From the NCBI GenBank assembly GCA_050273025.1, contig CP158635.1, positions 30,876,001 through 30,940,000 on the forward strand: a stretch of 64,000 bases of DNA, given 5' to 3'. Source of the stretch: Cenococcum geophilum (Eukaryota). The first letter of the stretch is position 1. Every line of letters starts with the position of its first letter. Below are positions 24,577 through 37,299 of the stretch, in pieces. The position numbers and the translations under genes are program-made. The notes below the pieces were generated by a model. It was not told where the DNA came from. It saw only the letters and a list, made by a program, of their open reading frames with translations, and made no database searches.

Positions 24577-25929
24577 TATAAGACGTAAAAGAAGTAGGAC
24601 AGCGAACTACTTCGGCACTTAATAAAGGCAAAAGGCTAAAGGCTTAAGATTCTTAAGAAGAGATAAAAGACGACCAAGAATCTTAAAGTAAGATAAGATA
24701 AACCTAAGGACCTATAATAAATAGGAACCGATAGAGTAGGGCAGTAGCTTAGTCTAAAAATATATAAATAAGCTTGGGACAAAGTTTCCCACAAGCACAA
24801 GATTCTTAAGACAAGATAAGTAAGATTTAAGATTCTTAAAATAAGATAAGAACACTAAGTAAGCCTAGTTAGACTAAGGTAAAAGTAAAGCTTAAGTCAG
24901 AAGCAAGCTTAGGATTAAGAATCCTATAAAACTAAGATTTCGAAATATAAACAAGGGCTATTAATAAGATTAAAAAGCAAGACAACTTTAAGGATCTACT
25001 TATAGGGCAAAAACCAAAGGAAACTATAATAGAATTTAGGATAAGAATCATTACATAGTAACAGCAAAAGTTAAATTAGAGAACTAATACACTAGGACAT
25101 ACTAAGGATAGAGCACCTATATAAAAAGTTACTAATAGACCTAGGATAGGTACACTAAGAGCTAAGTGGCTTACTAAACTAGAAAATAAAGAGAATTTAG
25201 GGATTCCAACTAGGTTCAAAGAACGATATACTAAAGGCTATTATAACGCAGTAATAAGAAGATACTTCCTTACGGACAAACTGTATATACTTTAGTAGCT
25301 ATACTAAAAGTAGTATAGATAAAGGCATAATGATAAATAGGAAGATTTCTATATATAGTTAGATAAAAAAGTTATCTAAAACCACCCAATTACGGAAAAG
25401 GCGATAAGTTATATTAAAGGGGCCTTAATTATAACGTTAAAGGATCTAGAGGAGCGTTTAGAGGACTAAAGAAGCAAGAGATGTATCTTAGTACCTATAA
25501 ATAAGGTTATAACGCTTAGATTAACACAATAAAGGTTTAAACTTAAGGATAAAGACAAGCTAAGAGTTAACCTAAGATACTAAGCATATTATACGTTAGT
25601 ATAGATTGCATATATAGATAATACGTGCAATATATATAGAGCACCTAAAAATAAGTATAGGAAATACCCTATAAGAATATATTAGATAATAGAAGAGAAA
25701 AAGTATAGAAATATTAAGTATATATATAGCTGGCACCTAATAGAAGTTTAGGAGTTAGGGGACTTAATACTTTAGCCAGGAAAATTCCTTATAAAAAAAA
25801 TACCTAGACGGACAATAATAGTGGGAATGCTTAGAGAACACATATCTATAGCATATTAAAGATAAAAAGCGGACTAAGTCTTAGCTAAAAGAGGACTAAG
25901 TATAAACGGGATTAAGTAGCTAATAGTTA

Positions 25930-28900
25930 GAAAAAGTAGAGGCCTATAGAACTAAAGGGAACTAGTAGTAGAGCCTTAAACCCTTAAAGGAATTTAAGAA
26001 CAACACCTAAATCTACAAGTTAAATAGCAAGATTAATAGTTTAAAGCGTTAATAGATAGTAAAGTAATAAGGAACTATATCTTACTAATAGTAGTTAAAA
26101 GAATGGGATTACTATATAGAAAAAAAGAGCACCCTTACCTATTAGTAACAATTTTAGGAAACCTAATAGCCTATAGAGGAGGTATTATTAATCTTAAAAC
26201 AGGACCTATTTAGCTAACTATTAAAGGGAGATAAATTAAGATGTCCTTTAATATACTACTATTAGGGAACAATAAGGCAGTATTAGGGATGCCTTAGTTA
26301 TAGGAATATAATCTAAAGATTAATTAGATTATAGGTTAAGTCAATATTAGGGATACTTAATAACGTAAGATGTAATAGCAGGCTAAGTTAGTATAGTACT
26401 AAGTCAGAGTAATATATAAAGAGACTAAGCGAGGCTTAAGTTATATACTAAAGAGATACCACAAGTATAGTAAAAAACTATAGTTACTAGAGAGTGAAAA
26501 GCTGTTAAAATATATAGTATAGGACTGTAAGATAGAGTTAGAACCAGGAACAAGTTTAAGGTTCTTTTTAACTTATAAGCTTACTAAAGAAGAAGGTAGA
26601 GCATTAAAAGAGTTTATCTAAGAAAATCTATAAAAGGGATATATTAGACCATTGCAGTTATTAGCGGGTTATCTAGTACTATTCGTACCAAAGATAAATA
26701 GCAAATTAAGGCTGTATATTAACTATAGACAGTTAAATAGTATTACTAGAAAGGATAGGTATCCTTTACCCTTAATTAGCGAAATCTAAAATAGGATAGG
26801 CAATGCGCAAATTTTTACAAAGATAGATCTAAGATAGGTATACCATTAAATCAAAATTAAGAAGGGCGATAAATGGAAAGCAGCCTTTAGGTTAAAGGAA
26901 GGACTATATAAACTATTAGTTATACAATTTGGGCTTATAAACGCACTAGTAATGTTCTAGAAACGTATTAATAATATATTAGGAGAATACTTAGATAAAT
27001 TTATTATAGTATATCTTAACGATATTATTATCTACTTAATAACTAAGGAAGAATACGAGGAATACGTTAAATAGGTCTTAAAGAAACTATAAGAATAGTA
27101 GATACTAGTAGCAATTAAGAAATGCAAATTCTTTACTAGGAAGATATATTTTGTTAGATTTATTATTAAATTAGGCTAACTTAGTATTAACCTAAAGAAG
27201 ATTAAGGCTATAGTAAATTAGTAGGAACTAAAGAATATTATATAGTTAAGATTATTTCTAGGTTTTTATAATTACTATAGAAGGTTTATAGCGCAGTAGT
27301 TAAAGGATATTAAGCCATTTACGCGATTAATAAAGAAAGAAGAACTATGGGTATAGGGAGAGGAATAGCGGGAATTATTTAAAAGAGTTAAAGAATTATT
27401 TACCTAAGAGCCAGTTCTTAAGATTTATTAACTAGAACTAAAGACGGTTATAGAAATAGACGTATTAGATTATATACTAGGGGCGTACTTTATATAGAGA
27501 TATTAAGACGGATGGTACCTAGTAGTATATTATAGTCGGAAAATAACACTATTAGAGTTAAACCACGACATCTACAACAAGGAGTTATTAGGTATAATCG
27601 CAACGCTAAAAAAATAGAGAGCATTCTTATAAGGTATAAAGAAACTATTTATAGTTAAAACGAATTATAAGAACCTAATAGGATTCCTAATAACAAAGGA
27701 ACTTAACTAAAGATAGGTTAGATGGATAGAGATACTTATAGAATACCATTTTAAGATTTAGTATACTAAGGGCACAGATAATATATAAGTAGACGCTCTA
27801 AGTTAAAAAGCTAAACTATAAAATAATAAGAAGCTATTAGGAGCTTTACTACAAAAAGATATAGATAGACTAATTAGGTACAATTATCCAAAAATTATAG
27901 CAACTTAAGAAGACAATAAAACGGATAGAATTTATAAAATACTAGAGAGCTTTTAGGCATAAAGGATCTTTAAGGTACAACTAGAAGAACAGTTAAAACA
28001 CCTAGAAGAAGAAATACTGTATAAGTATAGAGAGGTAAAGTATATCCTAAAAAGCATAGCAGAACACTTTATAGAAGATTTTTATAAAGGGATAACTTAA
28101 GGACATAATAGAGCTAGGGGCTTAGTGTTAAGGCTCTAAGAGGAATATAGTATTAACGGAATCTAGGGGCTAGCATAAAAAGTTATTGTTCGTACTAACT
28201 TAATAGCACGAGTGAGTTAGATCTAGGGGCACGAAATACGTATAGTATCGTATGCTCTTTTGGATGATGGTGACTGTCGATTGTATGAAGCAGACTACGT
28301 GGTCTATATACTGATGCACCTCCCCCCTAATTAGTTAGTGCTTTATAAGTGCACCAGACGCGTAAGCGAGTGGTTGGTGCACTGAACGCGTAAACGCGTA
28401 CCTGGTGTACCGAACGCGTAAGCACGCGGTTGGTATAGCAGGTGCTGTAATTATACAGTTATAAAGAAATATCTAGATTACTAAAGGAATAAACTAATAA
28501 GGCATAAGCTATATAGAGGGCTATAACCTATTAAAATACTAGAAAGACTATAGGAGGTTATATTATAGGACTTTATTATTAAATTACCAAAGTTAAGAGA
28601 TCCTATTACTAAATAAGATTATATCGCGATTTTAGTAATAGTAGATAAGCTTATAAAGTAGGGATACTTTATAGTATATATAGAAGAAATATTAGTAGAA
28701 GATATCGCTAAAATCTATATTAAGGAAGTATTTATAAGGTACGGAGTATTAAGTAAGATTATATTAAATAGAGATCTAAGATTTATAGTAGTATTCTAAG
28801 AGGTATTCTTAGTGGAATAAGGAGTTAGAGTAGCAACTTTTACTATATATTATCCACAGACAGACAGCTAAATAGAAAGATTAAATTAGACACTAGAGTA

Positions 28901-29643
28901 GTATCTAAGGCATTATATTAATCACGTACAGAATAATTAGGTATCGCTATTACTAATTATATAGTTTATATATAATGCAACACTATAAGAAGAAATAGGT
29001 ATATTACCATTTAAAGCAAACTATAGATATAAACTAAGGACATTACTATTACTATAGTAAGTAAAGAAAATAAGTAGTATAGCTAAAGAAAGAATAAAGA
29101 CGTTAATAAATCTTTATATAAACCTTATAGAATCAGCAAAGGAAGTATAAAAGAAAATAAAAAAGTACTATAATGCTAAGAGATTTAAAGGACTAGATCT
29201 TAAGGAGGGAGATAAAGTATAGCTATTATACAAAAAATTTAAGAGTTAACGACTAAGTAAGATGTTAGACTATGTTAGACTAGGACCTTTTAAAATTACG
29301 TAGAAGATTTCACCAGTTATATTTAAATTAGACCTACTAGCTAAAATAAAGATCTACCCTATACAGTATATTATAATACTAGAGCTAGTATATAGGAATA
29401 TTAAGCTACTAGTTTATAAAGCAGACATATATAAAGGGTAAGAAAAAGATAAATAGTAAGTTTTAAAGATTATTAGTTATAAGGATATTAATAATAAAAT
29501 ATAGTATAAGGTTAAGTAAATAGGCTACACTAAGACTACCTAGGAGCTACTAGAAAATTTAAAGAATACTATAAGAAAGGTATAGGAGTATCGGAAGAGA
29601 TTAGGTTAGGCAGCATTAATAAAAAAGGATTATAAAAAAATAA
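25930..29643 (+). pseudogene. A2 pol (PR-RT-RH-IN-chromodomain), interrupted by a solo LTR
   Basis: ALIDS, AGY(P)VLFVPK, DRYPLPLI, YL(D)DIIIY, ETD(A)(S)DY, YYPQTD(G)Q(T)ER, RLGPFKI, (W)YKVK(W).GY..TT(W)E. Confidence 0.93.
28187..28457 (-). repeat. Solo LTR related to Copia family D (271 bp)
   Basis: TG...CA ends; TSD GTTAT (28182-28186, 28458-28462); inverse homology to the D1/D2 LTRs. Confidence 0.92.
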
Positions 29644-30241
29644 GTCACCTAAGGGGGACCTAAGAAGAGTAGTTGCTAAGCTACTTAGATCTATTTCCTT
29701 CTTAATTAAAGGAGAGTCCGTTTTCTTATTACTAAGCTCCTATAAACCCTATTCTATAAGTTTCTACTTCTTAAAATAAACCTTCTTACAAACTTTCTTA
29801 AGATGGATTAACCAAGTAGACGCCGCTAGACGAGACTTAAGGGCCTATTACTAAGTATTAGCAGCCTCTTATTTAGCGTTCTAGGAATAGTATAACTCTA
29901 CTAGAGTAACAGATAGTTTATTATTTAGTTATGCAGTAATAGATTAAATATAAGACCTTAAGACAAATTAATTAAGGAATAAGACAACTATTAAGAGTAA
30001 TAGGTTATATATATTTAGTATTAGAGATAGAGTAAATGTTATAAGACGAATAAATATTTGCTTTAGTATACTCTAAGTAAGAGGATAGTTATTATAAGGA
30101 TAGGTTTACCAACGTAATATAAACTAACCCCTTTTTTAGGCAACGAGAACACGGAGACGGTATAATCTCGCTAAGAGATAATATTATAGCAATAGTATAA
30201 ATACAATAAGTGGTTAAGGAAGAAGAAATTGCTTTAGGTAT
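29569..30241 (-). pseudogene. A2 antisense accessory ORF (Zn2Cys6-like)
   Basis: Retains intact codons P-C-S-R-C-L-K-K-G-L-V at ~30122-30154. Confidence 0.65.
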
Positions 30242-30349
30242 AATAAGTAATAATATTAACTAAATTAATTAGATAGATATTATACCTCTAATAAACAACT
30301 TAGAGATATTAGGAATCTTTAAGGATAAAAATAGATAGAAGGGAAATAG

Positions 30350-30773
30350 TATTATAAACGCTTTAAGTATAATATTATAACTACTAGGAGAAGAGTTAAA
30401 AGAAGCTAGTTAGTTAATTTAAGTACAGTCTAGAATAGAGCCGATAGAACTATATAATAAGGAATAGTAAGTAAGGTTATATAATATAATTTATATAATC
30501 TATAGGATCTATATAATCCGTAATAAAGTAAATAGAGTACGCGTATATTATATATAGGGAGGATTTTATAAGAGTATGGTTGTGTATTTAAGGACCCTTA
30601 ATCCCTACCTAGATCGTTCCTTCCTTATAGTAATTCTTAGAATATAATTAGAGTTAATCTATTAGGCAACTACTCCACTAGTTATTATTACGTTGTTAAC
30701 TTTAATTTATATCACCTATATACCTAGCCTAATAATAAGCCTATTATAGTACTTACTATAAGGTTCCGTTACA
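30350..30773 (+). repeat. A2 3' LTR
   Basis: Follows a purine tract; ends CCGTTACA + TSD. Confidence 0.95.
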
Positions 30774-32253
30774 CTAGGTAAATAGTTTCTTAACTTTTTT
30801 TAAATACCTCTTCCTATTCTTTTCCCTACGCCTATAGTTTTTCTTTTTTTGTTAATTGCGTAAATAGTTTAATATCCTTTAACTATTACGCTATAAACCT
30901 TCTATAGTAATTGCAAAACCTTAAAAACAATCTTAACTATATAATATTCTTTAGTTCCTACCAATTTATTATAGCCTTAATCTTCTTTAAATCTATACTA
31001 AGTTAGCCTAGTTTAATAATAAATCTAATAAAATTGGTCTTCCTAGTAAAGAACTCGCATTTCTCAATTACTACTAGTATTTGTTCTTCTTATAGTCTCT
31101 TTAAAACCTATTTAATATATTCTCCGTACTCTTCCTTAGTTATTAAGTAGATAATAATATTATTAAGGTATACTATAACAAACTTATCTAAGTATTCTCC
31201 TAATACATTATTAATACGTTTCTAAAATATTACTAGTGCGTTTATAAGCCCAAATTGCATAACTAATAGTTTATATAGTCCTTCCTTTAACCTAAAGGCT
31301 GCCTTTTATTTATCGCCTTCCTTAATCCTAATTTAATGGTACGCCTATCTTAGATTTATCTTTATAAAGATTTATATATTACCTATCCTATCTTAGATTT
31401 CGCTAATTAAGGGTAAAGAATACCTATCCTTTCTAGTAATACTATTTAACTGTCTATAGTTAATACAAAGTCTTAGTTTACTATTTTTCTTTAGTATAAA
31501 TAGTACTGGATAACCTGCTAATAACTATAATAGTCTAATATATCCCTTTCGTAAGTTCTCCTAAATAAACTCCTTTAGTACTCTACCTTCTTTTTTAGTA
31601 AGCTTATAGATTAGAAAGAATCTTAAACTTATTCCTAGTTCTAATTCTATTTTATAGTCCTACGCTATATACTTTAACAGCTTCTTATTTTTTAGTAACT
31701 ATAGTTTCTTACCATACTTATAGTATCTCTTTAGTATATAATTTAATCCCTTTTCTATTTCTTTATAGGTTGCTCCTACTTAGTACTATACTAACTTAGC
31801 TTATTATTATATCTTACGTTATTAAGTATCCCTAATATTAACCTAACTTATAATCTAATTAATCTTTAGATTATATTCCTATAACTAAGGCATTCCTAAT
31901 ACTACCTTATTATTCCCTAATAGTAATATATTAAAAGACATCTTAATCTATCTCCCTTTAATGGTTAACTAAATAGGTCCTATTTTAAGGTTAATAATCC
32001 CTCCTCTATGGGCTATTAGATCTCCTAAAATTATTACTAATAGGTAAGGGTACTCCTTTTTCCTATATAGTAATCCTATTCTTTTAACCGCTACTAATAA
32101 AATATAGTTCCTTATTACTCCACTATTTATTAATACTTTAAACTGCTAATCTTACTATTTAACTTTTAAATTTAGGTATTGTCCTTAAATTCCTTTAAGG
32201 GTCTAAGGCTCTACTACTAGTTCCCTCTAGTCCTATAGGCCTCTACTTTTCCC
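30774..32253 (-). pseudogene. A1 pol 5' part: protease + RT
   Basis: Inverse match to A2 25930-27410. Confidence 0.9.
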
Positions 32254-35072
32254 AACTATTAGCTCTTTAATCCTATTTATACTTAGTCCACCTTTAACTA
32301 ATACTTAGTTTGCTTTTTGTCTTTAATATATTATAAATATATATTCTCTAAGCATTCTCACTACTATTATCTATCTAGGCATTCTTCTATAAGGAATCTT
32401 TCTAGCTAAAGTATTAAGTCCCCTAACTTTTAAACTTTTATTAGATGCTAGCTATATATATACTTAGTATTCCGGTATTTTTATTCCTTAGTTATCTAAT
32501 ATATTCTTATAGGATATTTTTAATACTTATCCTTATGTGCTCTATATATATTATATATATTATCCACGCATATAGTTTATACCAATGTATAATATACCTA
32601 GTATCTTAGGTTAACTCTTAGCTTGTCTTCGTCCTTAAGTTTAAACCTCTATCGTGTTAATCTAAATGCTGTGACTTCATTTACAGGTACTAAAATACGC
32701 CTTTTATTTCTTTAGTCCTCTAAACATTCCTCTAAATCTTTTAATATTATAATTAAGGCTCCTTTAATATAACTTATCGCCTTTTCTATAATAGGGTAAT
32801 CTTAGATAACTTTTTTATCTAGCTATATATAGAAATCTTCCTACTTATTATTACGTCTTTGCCTATACTACTTTTAGTATAGCTACTAAAGTGTATATAG
32901 CTTGTCCGTAAGAAAGTATCTTCTTATTACTACGTTATAATAGCCTTTAGTATATTATTCCTTGAACTTAGTTAGAATCCCTAAATCCTCTTTATCTTCT
33001 AGTTTAGTAAGCTACTTAGCTCTTAGTGTGCCTACTCTAGGCCTATTAGTAATTCTTTATACTAGTACTTAGTCCTTAGTACGTCCTATAGTATTAAATC
33101 TCTTATCTAATTTCTGTTCTTGCTATGCAATAATTCTTACTCTAAATTTGGTTATAATCTCTTTTAGTTTTTATCTTGTGAGTAAATCCTTAAAGTCTTC
33201 TTACTTCTTAATTTTAGTTTATTTAATAGTCTTTATCCTTACTTAGAAGTCTTAGTTCTATAGGATTCTTAATTTTAAGCTTACTTCTATTTTAAGCTTT
33301 ACTCCTACCTTAGTCTAACTAGGCTTACTTAGTGTCCTTATCTTATCTTAAGAGTCTTAAATCTTACTTATCTTATTTAGAGAGTCTTATGCCTATAGGA
33401 AACTTTATCCTAAGCTTATTTATATATCCTTAAACTAAGCTATTACCTTACTTTATTAGTTTCCATCCGTTATAGGTCCTTAGGTCTACCTTATCTTATC
33501 TTAAAAATCTTAATTATCTCTTATCTCGTTTTAAGAATCTTAAGCCTTTAGCCTTTTGCCTTTATTAAGTGCTAAAGTAGTTCGCTATCCTACTTCTCTT
33601 ACGTCTTATAAAGTAATAGACATTATATCTAGTGGGGTTTTAATCCCTACTAATATTCCCTGTTCTATAGTGGAATTATCCTCTACTTTTTTTATAATAT
33701 CTTTAAGGTTTATATACTCCTAGTAAGCTGCCTTTATTACCTTATTATTATAAAATGTTTCGCTTATATTAAATTTATTATCCTTAATATCTAATTTATA
33801 AACTAGTTCGTTAGTTCCCCTATACTCTAAGGATTTTAGCTTCTATAGCTAATAGCTTACGCTATACTTAGTATCTTTATAAATTTGGTATACGTTATTA
33901 TAACAAAACGTAAAACTTTTAATTAAACATTCCTTTATTCCTCGTAGTATACTACTATCCCTCTATATATATATATCTTCTACTAATCTAGTTCCCTTTA
34001 TTATATAGTAACTCTAACTATCTTTATAATCCCTTATAAAGTAACCTTATTTTCTATAATTTATATAAACTCCATCTTTAAACTATTAACTTTACTATAG
34101 AGTCCGCCTAAACGTCTTCTACTACTAAGATCCCTAGTTTAGTCTTTGCTCCTTAGTCCTATAATTACTAAATCCTTAACCTCTAGGTTTTTATAGCTTT
34201 TTACTCCATCTCTTATAGGCTTTTTTAATACTACTTAGGTCTATTAGCTCTACGCCATACTATAATTTTTAATTTAGCTTTAGTTATTACATACTCTACG
34301 CCTTATATAATTATAGAATTCTATCCTAACCTTTCTTAGCCTATTCCCTTTAGTAGATCCAATTATTAATCTTAATTACTTAATCTATTAATTCTTTTAG
34401 GGCGTCTATATCTTCTATTAGAATAATTATATTCTAGACTTTAGCCTTAAGTCCTTATTTATACTATACTATAAGCGCCCTATTATTCCACTTAACTTAT
34501 ATAGCTAACGTCTGGAACTGTGTTATATACTTAATCGCTAAAGTTTATTATATAATATCTTAGAGTTTTCTTCCCGCCGTAGTTACTGCCTTTAGGTCTC
34601 TAAATATTTATGTAAGTTATTACGTAAACCCTTTCTAGCTTAAGAATATAAACTATACCTCCTAGTTAGTAGTCGTTATTCCGTTTACTTATATCTCCGT
34701 AAAGTAAAACTTAAACTATTTAAGTGCTCTTCCTAATAGAAATAGTCCTATATAAGCTATTTAATCTATAGGTATTAGCAGCTTTGCCCCTTTTTATATA
34801 ACTTTAAAGTATATTTATATAAGAAATCCTTTAAGCTTTAATCTCTCTCCCGAGTACCTCTTAATTAATAATAGCTTAATCCTTACCGCTTTTATCCTAT
34901 TAACCCTTTCTTCTAGCGCTATATTATTTATTATTAACTAGTTAACTACCTTTTATAAGTATCTAACCGTTATAGGTTGCTATAAGTTAGTATCCGCTAT
35001 ACTAGTATTACCTCCTAACCTTAAAGTAGTTGCCGCCGTTAATGGCGTTATAGTAGCTGCTTTTAGTAGTAT
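32220..35072 (-). pseudogene. A1 gag (uninterrupted, ~950 codons)
   Basis: Inverse match to the joined A2 gag; start codon RIP'd to ATA. Confidence 0.85.
32247..32253 (-). promoter_or_regulatory. Putative -1 ribosomal frameshift heptamer G GGA AAA at the gag/pol junction
   Basis: Minus strand TTG GGA AAA; the gag frame stops 9 codons later while the -1 frame runs into the protease (ALI(D)SG). Confidence 0.6.
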
Positions 35073-35117
35073 ATTATTTAACTTTCTATATTTAAAACTA
35101 TAACTAGGTAGTAATTA

Positions 35118-35535
35118 TATAATAGAACCTTATAGTAGAAACTATAATAGGCTTATTATTGGGCTAGGTATATAGGTAATACAAATTAAAGTTAACAACA
35201 TAATAATAACTAGTAGAGTAGTTGCCTAATAGATTAACTCTAATTATATTCTAAGAATTACTATAAGAAAGGAACTATCTAGGTAGGGATTAAGAGTCCT
35301 TAAATACACAACCGTACTCTTATAAAATCCTTCTTATATATAATATATATATACTCTATTTACTCTATTGCGGATTATATAGATCTTATAGATTATATAG
35401 ATTACGTTATATAGTTACTATTCCTTATCATATAGCTCTATTGGCTTTATTTTAAACTGTGCCTAAATTAACTAACTAGCTTCTTCTAACTCTTCCCCAA
35501 GTAGTTGTAATATTATACTTAAAGCGTTCGTAATA
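35118..35535 (-). repeat. A1 5' LTR
   Basis: Direct repeat of 287-710, followed by TSD TAAAC. Confidence 0.95.
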
Positions 35536-36471
35536 TAAACTATATTACCTTCCTTAAAGTCCTATATAGGAGCTTATTCTTTATTTATATGCCATTCCTA
35601 TACCATTTAAGCGTATGCTAGTTTACTTTATAATAGTTCCGTTAACTACTTTATTTAATTAGCGAATTTATATACGTTAATTAGTTAAATCCTTTTAATT
35701 ATAGGTCCTATTATATTAATTTTAGATTATAGTTTAAATCTAATTTAAGGGTTTTATCCGTAGGTTGTGTAAAACGGCGTTACGCCTATTAATTCGTTTT
35801 ATATATTATTCGCAATAAACTTAGTTAAAGATAGCCACTTTTTCCAGTTATTTTATAGGTAGGAGTAATATATTTATAGGTATTATTTTATAGTCGCGTT
35901 TATAATTTTAGTTTAACCGTTTATCTCTAAATAAAATACAGTTAAGAGTTATATTTATATACTTAATTATTTATATAGGGTTTACTAGAAGTCTAAAATA
36001 AACTAGCTTCTATAGTTAGATATTATTAAATTAGAAAGTCTATATAACTTAAAGACGTACTTAATAAAATATTCGGCTACTAATATTACATTAATTAAGT
36101 CTATAGGAATTATATATCGCATTTTTATAAAACGGTTAATAATTACTATAACATTTATAAACCTATTACTATTAGATAGGTTAACTATAAAGTTAATTAA
36201 GATATCTCGCTATCTTTATATTAGAATTAGTAATTGTTAAAGTACTTCTTACTTCTTTATATAAGAGGTCTTCCTATATACGCACATTCTATATATTTAA
36301 ACGTATTTTTATATATAGTTATATATTATAAGCTAGTACTATACTTGTTAGATAATCTTATAGGTCTTTATATAGCCTAGATACCCTATTATAGGGGAAT
36401 TGTATATAAATTTAAGTATCTTAAATTATAAGGGTTTAGAATTTAGGATTACTATCTTTTATTAATAGTAT
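35536..36471 (-). pseudogene. B integrase fragment
   Basis: (H)(D)SPI(A)G(H)(P)G..KT, CVYRK, DRLIKMR, TPFYTTYG.(N)P motifs on the minus strand. Confidence 0.85.
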
Positions 36472-36735
36472 TGTGGTGGTGTAGATTGGACGTCGCCTAC
36501 TGTCTTGGCATTTTCCTATATTTATAGAGCCTTCGGCTTCCTTCCTTCTTCCCTTATTATATACATAACACGACTCTACCAGTTACCGGAAATACACTCT
36601 TTTCTTTCTTTCTTACTGACTGTTCTACTGACCGACCGACCGACCAACCGACTGACCGACCGACCGACAGACAGACTGACTAACAGCACCGTGACTTTCC
36701 TATCTTAGAGAGGTCGTACCCTCCCACATATTTTA
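36472..36735 (+). repeat. C left LTR (257 bp, TG...CA) plus 7-nt TATTTTA, inverted relative to the element
   Basis: TGTGGTGGTG...CTCCCACA TATTTTA; contains a TATA-like box and a (CCGA/CTGA)n tract. Confidence 0.93.
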
Positions 36736-37299
36736 ATACCTCCCCCACTAAGAACGTTGTCCCCTAACGTTCTACAATATAGAAGAATAGCAAAATAAGA
36801 GTATAGCAAAAGCAGAATAGATAAAGGAAAGCATATCCCTAAACAAACGTAGGTAACTATATCCTTAGCCTTCCTATAGAACTGTTCTACGGTGTCCTTT
36901 TGTTACCTATAGCTAAGATCTAACCTTCCTACTAGTAGCAACTAGGACAGCAGTAAACCAGAAATAATAGCGGCAGTAGTAATAGTAGCAATAGTAGTAA
37001 CAGCAGCAACAGTAACGGTGGTAGCAATAGTAATATGGCAGATAGTTAGCGCGGTAAAATAAAATAGAATAGTCGGCGGTAGAACACGCTAACAGTTAGT
37101 AAGCAGTAGAATATCCAGCAGCAGAACTTTTAGTAGCAGAAATCTCGGTAGCGGCAGACGGTCAATAGCAGTCAGTCAGCAGCAGTCGGTTAATATAGTA
37201 GTAGCAGTAACAGCAGTGACAGAACAGTTAATAATAGAACGGTCGGTAGCAGTTGGTCGGAGGCAGCTAGTCGGGTGGCGGCGGGGCGATTAAAACGGT

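Larger units (their letters stand above)
3809..25965 (+). pseudogene. A2 gag, split (3809-4877, 21857-22251, 24579-~25965): capsid, CCHC knuckle, long C-terminal extension
   Basis: ATG at 3809; KLKGFL...AY.GLFL.GRAL.(W)F capsid motif; (C)IN(C)GK(Q)(G)(H)FVRD(C) knuckle at ~4815-4856. Confidence 0.85.
3340..30773 (+). mobile_element. Gypsy chromovirus A2 (same family as A1, opposite orientation), interrupted by E, G and a solo LTR
   Basis: LTRs 3340-3763 and 30350-30773; TSD CTAGG (3335-3339, 30774-30778); the empty site GCTCCTAGGTAAATA is seen intact in A3 near 60578. Confidence 0.96.
287..35535 (-). mobile_element. Gypsy chromovirus A1, full length, interrupted by A2 at 3339/30774
   Basis: Direct LTRs 287-710 and 35118-35535; TSD TAAAC (282-286, 35536-35540); PPT complement CTATCTCCCTCC at 711; gag-PR-RT-RH-IN-chromo on the minus strand. 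Confidence 0.95.

Noticed and set aside
36505..36708. ORF with TDRP repeats
   Set aside because: Translation of the tetranucleotide tract within the LTR.
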